NCBI GenBank assembly: GCA_033764315.1
Contig: JANRJA010000080.1
Span: forward strand, 1 to 17,911
DNA from: Oculatellaceae cyanobacterium bins.114
GTDB taxonomy: Bacteria; Cyanobacteriota; Cyanobacteriia; Elainellales; Elainellaceae
Length of the DNA: 17,911 nt
Direction: 5' to 3'
Each line of letters opens with the position of its first letter. The stretch's first letter is position 1. Below the pieces are notes generated by a model, which did no database searches, was not told the DNA's origin, and was given only the letters and a program-made list of their open reading frames with translations. Shown piece by piece: positions 8,267 to 16,322 of the stretch. A program made the translations under genes and the position numbers.

Positions 8267-8887
8267 CTAATTAGTAGCTTTTAGCGCGTCACTAACACGG
8301 CGCAACACTCCATTAATAAAACGATGTCCTTCGTCACCGCTATAGCGTTTGGCTAATTCCACGGCTTCGTTGATCGCCACTCGATCGGGGGTGCCTAAGT
8401 AGAGAATCTCGGTCACCGCAATGCGTAAAATATCTTGATCAATCCGGGCTAGTCGCTCTAGTTTCCACTCCACCATATTTTCGCTTAAGACGCGATTAAT
8501 CTCATCCCGGTGGCTTTGAACATGACTCAGCAGATCGAGGGCATAGTCTCGCACCTCTTGTTGGTTTGCCAGTTGAATTAACTCTGGCAGTTCTACGGCT
8601 GTCCCTAATCGGTTAATGGCTGTTTGAGCCAGATCGATTGATTCCTTGACCATCGCTCTGGCACTGCGTAAATCAACTGCCCGCGTCTCGCTGCTCAAAA
8701 GGCGATCGCTGCCCCGTTCTAACTCCGCCGATGCCGTTTCTAAGGTGTCTTGAATTTCGCTTAACAACGTCCTCACGGCTGCCAACAACAGGTTCTGCAA
8801 CTGCTGCGCTTGTAGTTTCTCAGCATTACTAGGTAATTGGCTGATGCTCAAAAGAGCCAATTCACGGGCAATTCGACGGGCTTGCAT
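8267..8887 (-). CDS. nusB: Transcription antitermination factor NusB
   Basis: N-terminal [10 protein letters not shown], plus [35 protein letters not shown] and FINGVLRRV. It lies upstream of and co-oriented with ftsY, as is usual in cyanobacteria. Confidence 0.96.
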   Translation of the reverse strand: MQARRIARELALLSISQLPSNAEKLQAQQLQNLLLAAVRTLLSEIQDTLETASAELERGSDRLLSSETRAVDLRSARAMVKESIDLAQTAINRLGTAVELPELIQLANQQEVRDYALDLLSHVQSHRDEINRVLSENMVEWKLERLARIDQDILRIAVTEILYLGTPDRVAINEAVELAKRYSGDEGHRFINGVLRRVSDALKATN

Positions 8888-9064
8888 AATTAGTCAAACA
8901 GGCAGCACAAACCCATTGATCGTAGCAGGCAACGAGTAGAGATGGGGAGGAATGTAAATTAAATCGCTTTTGCCGCTTGATCCCACCGATGGTAGTTTTT
9001 GCGACAAGAGGGCTGTATTCTTCGCTAGCATGACACTGAGCATTTATCAAACCTCTTTTCTACA

Positions 9065-9625
9065 ATGACTCCTCAAGACATTACAGATAGTTTGACATCG
9101 CTATTTGGTCCGACAGTGAAAGTCAATGGCACAGAATCATGGCAGGTCGAGATCAATAACTTTCAGTTATTAGTGCTGCTCTCAGACAACCAATCCTGGT
9201 TGCGATCGCTCGTTTCGATTGCGCCAGCCCAAACGGCTCAACCCTATTTAGGGCAACTGTTAGAAGCCAATTTTGATGAAACCCAGGAAACGCGCTATGC
9301 CTTATATGAAAACGTTTTGTGGGGGGTGTTTCAGCACAACTTTAGGAGCCTTACCCTAGATGACTTTGAAGCTGCGATCGCTCGGTTAATTGCCTTGCAA
9401 CAACGGGGTTTATCAGACAGTTTTAACAAGTTAGCCGAAACCCAGATTCGCCAAATCATTCGCGCCGCCAAATTGCAGGGACAATCGTTAGAAGCGACCC
9501 TACAGACCCTTGATCGGTTCTATCAGGAGGGAGTTATGGGCGAAATTGACCAAAACACGGAACAACGGCAAGCTGTCTTAGGAGCCTGGCGTTATCAGCT
9601 AGAGCGGCTTTGGAATGAAGACTAA
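9065..9625 (+). CDS. Conserved cyanobacterial hypothetical protein, YbjN/CesT (T3SS-chaperone-like) fold plus a C-terminal helical extension
   Basis: The pattern LLVLLSDNQSWLRSLVSIAP...LLEANFDETQETRYAL...LWGVF matches the chaperone-like fold (LL-AN...Y-AL). It is a clean 186-aa ATG ORF with two HIP1 sites. Confidence 0.6.
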   Translation: MTPQDITDSLTSLFGPTVKVNGTESWQVEINNFQLLVLLSDNQSWLRSLVSIAPAQTAQPYLGQLLEANFDETQETRYALYENVLWGVFQHNFRSLTLDDFEAAIARLIALQQRGLSDSFNKLAETQIRQIIRAAKLQGQSLEATLQTLDRFYQEGVMGEIDQNTEQRQAVLGAWRYQLERLWNED

Positions 9626-9644
9626 AACAATCTGTAGGGAATCT

Positions 9645-9712
9645 GTAGGGGCGAAACACTCTCAATTAAGGCTCTTTCCTGGGGTCAATCATGACCCGAA
9701 TGCTTCACCCTG
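9645..9712. repeat. GTAG-type REP-like palindromic element
   Basis: GTAGGGGCGAAACACTC...GAATGCTTCACCCTGA forms an imperfect inverted repeat with an internal GGGTCA-atca-TGACCC hairpin. It overlaps an 11-bp tandem duplication AATCTGTAGGG x2 (9629-9650). Confidence 0.55.
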
Positions 9713-9836
9713 ATCAATGTCAGTTCAGCTTAGGAGCCTGGGGAATGAACTCGCGGCTATTAGAGCCAAGCCGCGGTTTTAACCGCCAAAATCCTGATCC
9801 CGAAGTCTCCCTGATTAGCACCCCTCAAAGCGACGA

Positions 9837-10166
9837 TCAATACTCCAAAAACAGCGTTTCAAATGTGTCTGAGGTCAAAGGGGCAGGTCGAGTGGTCAGT
9901 TTAGGAGCATTGGGATCTTGCTGACTGACATCTCGCATCTGTTGCACCGTGCCCTCTAGGTGGTCAATCTGTTGATCTAAGACGACAATGCGATCGCAAA
10001 TCTGCTGTCGTCGCTCATCCATGCTCTGTAACTCTTGCTGGAGACGTTTCTTCTCAACGACAAGCTTATAGATATCTAAAAAGGCAGCAGCTTCAGACTT
10101 TTGCCGGGGCATAGTGCTGATTTTAGGGCGAATTTTGCCTCTAGTGGTGTTGCGGCGCATGGGCAT
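9837..10166 (-). CDS. gvpV: GvpV-like coiled-coil protein (gas vesicle accessory protein family)
   Basis: The sequence RGKIRPKISTMPRQKSEAAAFLDIYKLVVEKKRLQQEL...DQQIDHLE, followed by a short acidic tail ending LEY, matches my recollection of cyanobacterial GvpV. Not confirmed by search. Confidence 0.6.
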   Translation of the reverse strand: MPMRRNTTRGKIRPKISTMPRQKSEAAAFLDIYKLVVEKKRLQQELQSMDERRQQICDRIVVLDQQIDHLEGTVQQMRDVSQQDPNAPKLTTRPAPLTSDTFETLFLEY

Positions 10167-10329
10167 GGGGGTTTACTCAATTATTTCTCCCAGTATTCCC
10201 AAAATTCAACCCATTCTCCGGATGGTGACTACAAATCAACAAAACTTAGAGGTTGCTAAGAAAAGGAGGACAAATTTACCAGCAACCAGGGAAAACTAAA
10301 ACTGTATTTTCTCCCCTCTATCAAAAGCT

Positions 10330-10836
10330 ATGGGTTCTCATCCGTATTACTACTTCACGCCCTATCAACCCGATATTGCTACAACCCTAGATACATTAAG
10401 GCAGCAAGAGTTTGAGGCAGGTCGATACAATCCGGTAATGCCGTTCCCATTTGATCCTGAGCTAAATGAAGAGGTCAAGACGTTATATCCTTCATCCGAT
10501 TCCTATCCATCGATTGAGGCAGCGTTGGAAGCAGCAGACGCAGATGGAACGCGATCTATTCTCGACATTGCTCAAGTGTCGGAGGAACCCGCATTATGTG
10601 CAACGTGTTCTGTTTCACCAGACCTGTTGTTAAGCATGTTTGGCACCGATAAACCCGCTCGCAAAATGATAGAAGCGGTCATTTTACAAGAACAAGCTTT
10701 ACCTGATGCCGATGAAGACTTTGACATTTACGAAGATTTTATTGACACCATCGGACGGGGAGAATGCCGACACATCATCTGCTATGAAGATGACGAACCC
10801 GTTGAGGTGTTTTTTATGGGCTACTCTTTTGACTAA
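10330..10836 (+). CDS. Acidic hypothetical protein of unknown function
   Basis: 168-aa ATG ORF rich in D/E, with motif-like blocks YFTPYQPDI..L..LRQQEF, GTRSILDI and a C-terminal PVEVFFMGYSFD. It is followed by a strong hairpin. Confidence 0.75.
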   Translation: MGSHPYYYFTPYQPDIATTLDTLRQQEFEAGRYNPVMPFPFDPELNEEVKTLYPSSDSYPSIEAALEAADADGTRSILDIAQVSEEPALCATCSVSPDLLLSMFGTDKPARKMIEAVILQEQALPDADEDFDIYEDFIDTIGRGECRHIICYEDDEPVEVFFMGYSFD

Positions 10837-10904
10837 TGACAGCACTTCTGTTGACCCAGATGGGGTTGGGGGCACCACCTGTCAATTCTATGGTTCTTTT
10901 AAAT

Positions 10905-10943
10905 AGGCTAATGGGAGCAAGGTGACCTCACTCCCATTAGCTT
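10905..10943. terminator. Stem-loop between convergent genes (possible bidirectional terminator)
   Basis: GCTAATGGGAG (10907-10917) / CTCCCATTAGC (10931-10941) form a perfect 11-bp stem with a 13-nt loop, between stop codons at 10836 and 11001. Confidence 0.55.
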
Positions 10944-11000
10944 AGCCAATTCGTTTGAATGGGCTGTTTAGAGGTAGATGCAAAGGTGCATGGAGTGGCA

Positions 11001-11711
11001 TTAGCCTACCAATCCAGAGCGCAGAGCACGCACTGCGGCTTGGGTACGGTCATCTGCACAAAGTTTGTTTAGGATGTTACGAACGTGGGTTTTGACAGTC
11101 CCTACGGTGATATAAAGCTTTTCAGCAATTGTAGCATTGCTGCATCCTGCTACGATTAACTCTAGCACCTCTAGTTCGCGTTCGGTCAATGGATAGGTTT
11201 CTAAAATTTGACTATACTCTGGCGCAACCGCATCGATCGCCACAGTAGGCTTGACTTTTCCTTCTCCGATAGGCTGACGTGCTTGCTTGAGCACTAATCG
11301 AGCGATCGCTGGATCAATCCAACTATGACCATCGTACGTGACTTGAATGGCTTCTAGTAGGCGATCAAGACTGACGTCTTTCATACAGTATGAGTCAGCC
11401 CCAGCAGCAAAGGCTGCAAGCACTGCATCTTCACTGTCATTCAAAGTCAAAATTAGAATTTTTGTCTTATATTCTTCTGAATCAGCCTGAAATCCTCGAA
11501 ATTCACGAGTTAGCTCGATCCCATCAATATCGGGTAAGCCAATATCGACAATGGCCACATCAGGCACAGAAGTTTGCAACAGATGTAAACCCTCTGTACC
11601 GTTAGCAGCCTCACCAACGACTTTGATGCCAACTTGTTGCTGTAGAGCTGTTCGCATTCCAACGCGAGTTAGATCGTGATCTTCAATGAGGGCAACTTGA
11701 ATTTCGCTCAT
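11001..11711 (-). CDS. NarL/FixJ-family DNA-binding response regulator (REC + LuxR HTH), OrrA-like
   Basis: Receiver motifs LIEDHDLTR, VDIGLPDIDG, ILT and YCMK, plus the LuxR HTH LTERELEVLELIVAGCSNATIAEKLYITVGTVKTHVRNILNKL...RTQAAV. Confidence 0.93.
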   Translation of the reverse strand: MSEIQVALIEDHDLTRVGMRTALQQQVGIKVVGEAANGTEGLHLLQTSVPDVAIVDIGLPDIDGIELTREFRGFQADSEEYKTKILILTLNDSEDAVLAAFAAGADSYCMKDVSLDRLLEAIQVTYDGHSWIDPAIARLVLKQARQPIGEGKVKPTVAIDAVAPEYSQILETYPLTERELEVLELIVAGCSNATIAEKLYITVGTVKTHVRNILNKLCADDRTQAAVRALRSGLVG

Positions 11712-11925
11712 ATTATGTAACTTCTATGACTTTATGACGATGGCAATTGGCGTTGATTAACCAACAATGTTAAGGAGATAGATTAAATATACTGCCTAAG
11801 TTTCAAGTGCATATCCCTATTAAGGTAGAGGAGAAGATTATTCTATTCTCATCCTTTTTATAGACTTCTGGTGGTTACGGTATTTTATATGACTCAAACA
11901 ATGGCTGTTTGGAGACATCAATATT

Positions 11926-13179
11926 ATGAATATGTTCCCCAATCAGCCCTTTCAAAGTGCTAGCCATGTGCCCCTTGGGATTAATCAACACCAACTGAAT
12001 GTAAAGCACTTGGAGTCTCAATTACACATATCGCAGCTACAGATAAGGCAATTATTACAGTTATTTCTTGAAGCTGCATGGATTGTTGATGCTGACGGAA
12101 AAATCATTGAGTGCAACCAGACTTGGCTTGATTTAACGACCACTACTCCTGGTCAATCGCCACAAAACATGGGTGATGCAATCGATATCGCTGATCGCGA
12201 TCGCTTCTTAGAGCAATGGCAGCGTGCAAGTCAAGCAAAAACTGAATTTACCTTTTCATGTCGCCTCTTGCAAGCCAATCCAACGCAAGCAAGCGAGATT
12301 CAAAAAGATGAATTGAAGCCATATTTCAGGCTGAGAGTTATTCCAATTGTAGAAAATAGTAGTGTGAGATCTTGGATTGGGGTTTGTTCCCCATTCACGA
12401 CAGACCATTCACCTGATGAAAATTTGGGCAAGGCTAGGGTTTCATCGAGCCATGTCAAGCCTCAATTACAGCACGCATCTTCAATCGAAGGTCATTTCCT
12501 CAATATCATGTCTCATGAATTGCGAACTCCGTTAAACGCAATTCTTGGATTTTCACAACTTCTATTACGCCAATATCAATCTTCATTGACGTTGATCCAG
12601 ATTGATATGGTCAATCGCATTCTCAAAAATGCACATCAACTCTTGACTCTGGTTGACGATATTCTTAGCTTGTCTCAATTGGAGGCAGGATATCTGTCTC
12701 TGAAGTTAGAAGAATTTGACATTGCCCAGGTTATTTCAGCGGTAATTGATGAGGTGCAAGCTCAAGCCAATCGGCAACAATTAACCTTAATCTCTCAACT
12801 AAATATTGCTGACCCCTGTGTGGTCAATGATCTTTATCGCTTACGGCAGGTGTTACTCAAAGTTCTATATAACGCGCTTAAATTTACAGAGTTAGGTGAG
12901 GTCTACATCACGTTGCATGAACTGTCGAGCGATCGCTTGCAGTTGACCATTCGAGATACTGGCATTGGAATTGGGCAAGAGGATCTGCACTATATTTTCG
13001 AGCGATTTCGTCAGGTCGATCAAACGATTACACGGCGTTATTCTGGGACTGGGTTGGGCTTGGCGATCGCCCATAGGTTAATTGAGTTGATGAATGGCAG
13101 CATCAAGATTACTAGTCAACTTCAGCAAGGAACAACGGTCATCATTGAGTTGCCTCGACAGATCAGCGCATCAAAGTAG
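11926..13179 (+). CDS. Cytoplasmic PAS-domain sensor histidine kinase (HisKA + HATPase_c)
   Basis: PAS-like N-terminus (AWIVDADGKIIECNQTW...DRDRFLEQW), H-box MSHELRTPLNAILGF, N-box LYNALKFT, G1 DTGIGI, F-box IFERFRQ and G2 GTGLGLAI. No TM segment or receiver domain. Confidence 0.92.
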   Translation: MNMFPNQPFQSASHVPLGINQHQLNVKHLESQLHISQLQIRQLLQLFLEAAWIVDADGKIIECNQTWLDLTTTTPGQSPQNMGDAIDIADRDRFLEQWQRASQAKTEFTFSCRLLQANPTQASEIQKDELKPYFRLRVIPIVENSSVRSWIGVCSPFTTDHSPDENLGKARVSSSHVKPQLQHASSIEGHFLNIMSHELRTPLNAILGFSQLLLRQYQSSLTLIQIDMVNRILKNAHQLLTLVDDILSLSQLEAGYLSLKLEEFDIAQVISAVIDEVQAQANRQQLTLISQLNIADPCVVNDLYRLRQVLLKVLYNALKFTELGEVYITLHELSSDRLQLTIRDTGIGIGQEDLHYIFERFRQVDQTITRRYSGTGLGLAIAHRLIELMNGSIKITSQLQQGTTVIIELPRQISASK

Positions 13180-13361
13180 TATGGCTAAAATAGTCCGACT
13201 AGTACGACCGAGATAGTACGACAAAGCATTGCTTTCCGTAGACTAGGGAGTTAAGTTTTGGATACAATCTACATCCTGAGTCTAGAAAACCTTGCTAAAT
13301 CTGCCTGTGGTGCAACAATCTGTCAGCTTCTCAGTGCTATCTCCGGAGGACTACTGCTGCT

Positions 13362-14276
13362 ATGCATAATTTTTTGCCGATCGCCTATTTTCAAAATCAA
13401 TTTGTTCCGTTTACGGATGCCAAAATTTCCGTAGCAACCCACGCCCTTCATTATGGCACTGCTGCATTTGGCGGGTTAAGAGGAATTCCTGATCCCCAAA
13501 ACCCCAAGCAGATTTTGCTGTTCCGACTCGATCGACATTGTCAACGGCTGAGTAGCAGTGCCCGTTTTCTGCACTTTGATTTACCGGCTGACAAAATTCA
13601 GCAGATCATCACAGACTTTGTTCAAAAGAACCAGCCCACTACGTCTTTCTATATTCGCCCCTTAATCTATACCTCTGATTTAGGCATTTCTCCTCGGTTG
13701 CATAGTGTTGAAAAAGACTTTTTTGTCTATGGGTTAGAACTGGGTGACTATCTATCTCCTCAGGGAGTCAGTTGTCGCATTAGCTCGTGGTATCGCCAAG
13801 AAGATCGGAGTTTGCCGTTACGAGGAAAAATTAGCGGTGCTTATATCACCTCGTCACTCGCTAAAACTGAGGCGGTGGAATCAGGATTTGATGAGGCAAT
13901 TTTGATGAACTCGCAAGGCAAAGTCAGCGAAGCCTCTGGCATGAACATTTTTATCGTGAGGAATGGAACGGTTATTACTCCTGGATTTGAGCAAGATATC
14001 TTAGAAGGGATCACCCGGAACAGTATTCTGACGATCGCCAAGGATTTAGGCATTCCTACAGTCGAACGAGCGATTGACAAGTCAGAATTGTTTATTGCAG
14101 ATGAAGTATTCCTCAGCGGCACAGCGGCTCGCATTACTCCAGTGAGCCGTATTGAAAACTATCACTTTACGGGCGATCGCCCCATCACCGAAAAGCTGCG
14201 TGACAAGCTCACTGCCATTACCGAAAACCGCGACCCTCAATATAAAGATTGGGTATTCACGATTCCGGTGAGCTAG
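13362..14276 (+). CDS. ilvE: Branched-chain amino acid aminotransferase (class IV PLP enzyme)
   Basis: Motifs HALHYGTAAFGGLRG, FRLDRHCQRL, YIRP, catalytic Lys in GKISGAY, EASGMNIF, LEGITRNS and DEVFLSGTAA. A GGAGGA SD-like sequence lies upstream. Confidence 0.95.
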   Translation: MHNFLPIAYFQNQFVPFTDAKISVATHALHYGTAAFGGLRGIPDPQNPKQILLFRLDRHCQRLSSSARFLHFDLPADKIQQIITDFVQKNQPTTSFYIRPLIYTSDLGISPRLHSVEKDFFVYGLELGDYLSPQGVSCRISSWYRQEDRSLPLRGKISGAYITSSLAKTEAVESGFDEAILMNSQGKVSEASGMNIFIVRNGTVITPGFEQDILEGITRNSILTIAKDLGIPTVERAIDKSELFIADEVFLSGTAARITPVSRIENYHFTGDRPITEKLRDKLTAITENRDPQYKDWVFTIPVS

Positions 14277-15034
14277 TCATTGATTTGACCGGCTCTTAAA
14301 TAAATCGACCACTCGACAGGACGAAGTGCTGCGCCTCCCCAGGCTAATTTGAGCTGATCAGAAAACTGGGCGATCGCACTCCATCCGTGGCGTTCTGCAA
14401 ACAATTGGGTGGCTGACCAGGTACTGACGTAACCCATAAACTGCTCGGCAGTCCATGCAATGGTTCGGGTAAAAGCAGGAGTAACGACTTCGTCAAATGG
14501 AAAGGGCACCGTCTTATATTCCTCGTCTACCAGTTGCACCTGGGGTGGCTTAAACGGTTGAATCATCTGGTCAAACTCTTTCAACAAGGATTGCACCGCT
14601 TGAGGAGCCGTTGGCATAACAGGCATGCCAGTCCCCCAGACGGCGATCGCCCCTTGGGGTTTAGCCACTCGCCGCACCTCTTGATAAAACGGTTCCAAGT
14701 CAAACCAGTGCAGCGCAAGACCAACGGTAATCAGATCGACCGAGTGATCGGGCAAGCCGCTACTGCGTGCTGGGGCAACGGAGTAATGAATGCGATCGTG
14801 GGGAAAGGCATTGGCGATTTGAGTCGCACTGGCATCAGTTGCATAGATGGTTTGAAAATAGGGCATCAAGCCGATCGCCACTTGCCCATTGCCCGTAGCA
14901 CAATCCCAGGCTGTTTCGTGATGGGTGACAAGTGTTGCTAAGTAGGCAAACAACTCCTCTGGATAGTGGGGACGATATTTGGCATAGTCGCTTGCCTGTT
15001 TTGAGAAGTAATCTTGAAACGATGGAGTTTCCAT
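14273..15034 (-). CDS. Class I SAM-dependent methyltransferase (Methyltransf_11-like)
   Basis: N-terminal YAKYRPHYP, motif I AWDCATGNGQVA, post-I ATDAS, and SVDLITVGLALHWFD. Confidence 0.92.
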   Translation of the reverse strand: METPSFQDYFSKQASDYAKYRPHYPEELFAYLATLVTHHETAWDCATGNGQVAIGLMPYFQTIYATDASATQIANAFPHDRIHYSVAPARSSGLPDHSVDLITVGLALHWFDLEPFYQEVRRVAKPQGAIAVWGTGMPVMPTAPQAVQSLLKEFDQMIQPFKPPQVQLVDEEYKTVPFPFDEVVTPAFTRTIAWTAEQFMGYVSTWSATQLFAERHGWSAIAQFSDQLKLAWGGAALRPVEWSIYLRAGQIND

Positions 15035-15166
15035 AGTTCGAGTTGATGGGCTGCAAAATATAGCTTTGGTTAGAAAGCTTAGGGCAAAGGCAATGGTTCA
15101 AATCCTGATTCTGGGGGGGCTTTCTAACTCGCCTCCGTTCCATCACATGTGGCTAAGGCTCTACAA

Positions 15167-15194
15167 CAATTTGACAACAGCAATTTGACAACAG
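15167..15194 (+). repeat. Tandem 14-bp direct repeat CAATTTGACAACAG x2
   Basis: Exact tandem duplication in the divergent methyltransferase/MBL intergenic region. Each unit contains TTGACA. Confidence 0.7.
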
Positions 15195-15320
15195 TTTACT
15201 TTGGGCAGATTTGGATGGTTTTGTCTAAAGAATCACCTGACTGGAGATAGTCGAACTCGGAAGCCCAGAGTAGTATTGATGGCATCTATTTAGTTCGCAC
15301 AAAAATTCTACACAATAGCC

Positions 15321-16322
15321 ATGCAACACCTTCGTCAATGGATTGTGGGTCTTATCATCGCCCTGGTGACGCTAGCTGGGATTGTGAGCTTGCAACCCAA
15401 AACCGCTGCTCAAACCCCAACCAGTTTAACCTTAGACCTTGCAGGAGTGCGGGTAGAAGAAATGGCTAATGGCGTTTACAGTTTCATTTCCAGCACTGAT
15501 TTTCCCCCTGCTGATCCAGAAACAGTGGCTATTTGTAATGCCACAGTTGTTATTGGATCAGAGGGTGTCTTGGTTTTAGACCCCTTCCAGAATGAAGCTC
15601 TTGCCAATCTTCTGTTTTCTACGGTGGCGACCCTGACCGACCAACCGATTCGATATGTCGTTAATACCCATTACCACTTCGATCACTCCGGTGGAAATGC
15701 AGCCGCTAAATCTCAGGGACTTCCTTTGCTTGGGCGGGGCCCTATTCGCGAGTTTATGCTCACCCGCAATCGAGAAATGGATCCCAATGTAACCCCTCCA
15801 GATGTTGTGGTGAATGGTAGTCAGGAGATTTGGCTGGGCGATCGCCAGGTTCAACTGAGGGAGTTTGACGGGCATTCAGGTGGCACGGATATGATCGCTT
15901 ATATTCCAGACGCAGACGTGCTGGTAGCAGGCGACTTGCTCTTTTCTCAGCGAATTCCCTATTTAGGAGATGGCAATATTCGAGTGTGGCAGGAAAATTT
16001 GGATAAGTTGATTAGCAACTATGGGACGGCTAAGGTTGTACCGGGACATGGGCCTCTAGGCGATCGCACGACTCTGGTGACCCAGAAAACCTATTTGACT
16101 GATTTGGAAGCTCTGGCTACAAGGTGGAAAGAAGCAGGGCTATCTCAGGAGGAAGCGATCGCTCAAACCACCGTTCCCGCCGCCTATGCAAATTACTTGT
16201 TTCAGGGATTATTTTCTAACAATTTAGAAGTTGCCTATCAACAACTCGTTTTGGGTCAAGATGATGCAGCCTCGATCCAACAATATTTTGCCTCTCAACC
16301 CACCGAGTTAAAAGCTCTCTAA
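15321..16322 (+). CDS. Exported MBL-fold metallo-hydrolase
   Basis: N-terminal signal peptide ([25 protein letters not shown]), metal-binding motif [12 protein letters not shown], then GHS, AGDLL and VVPGHG. Confidence 0.9.
   Translation: MQHLRQWIVGLIIALVTLAGIVSLQPKTAAQTPTSLTLDLAGVRVEEMANGVYSFISSTDFPPADPETVAICNATVVIGSEGVLVLDPFQNEALANLLFSTVATLTDQPIRYVVNTHYHFDHSGGNAAAKSQGLPLLGRGPIREFMLTRNREMDPNVTPPDVVVNGSQEIWLGDRQVQLREFDGHSGGTDMIAYIPDADVLVAGDLLFSQRIPYLGDGNIRVWQENLDKLISNYGTAKVVPGHGPLGDRTTLVTQKTYLTDLEALATRWKEAGLSQEEAIAQTTVPAAYANYLFQGLFSNNLEVAYQQLVLGQDDAASIQQYFASQPTELKAL

Noticed and set aside
9691..9924. 77-aa plus-strand ORF
   Set aside because: It starts within the REP-like element and overlaps the gvpV-like gene antisense.
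14534..15146. 135-aa (+) and 103-aa (-) alternative ORFs
   Set aside because: Shadow frames of the well-supported methyltransferase.
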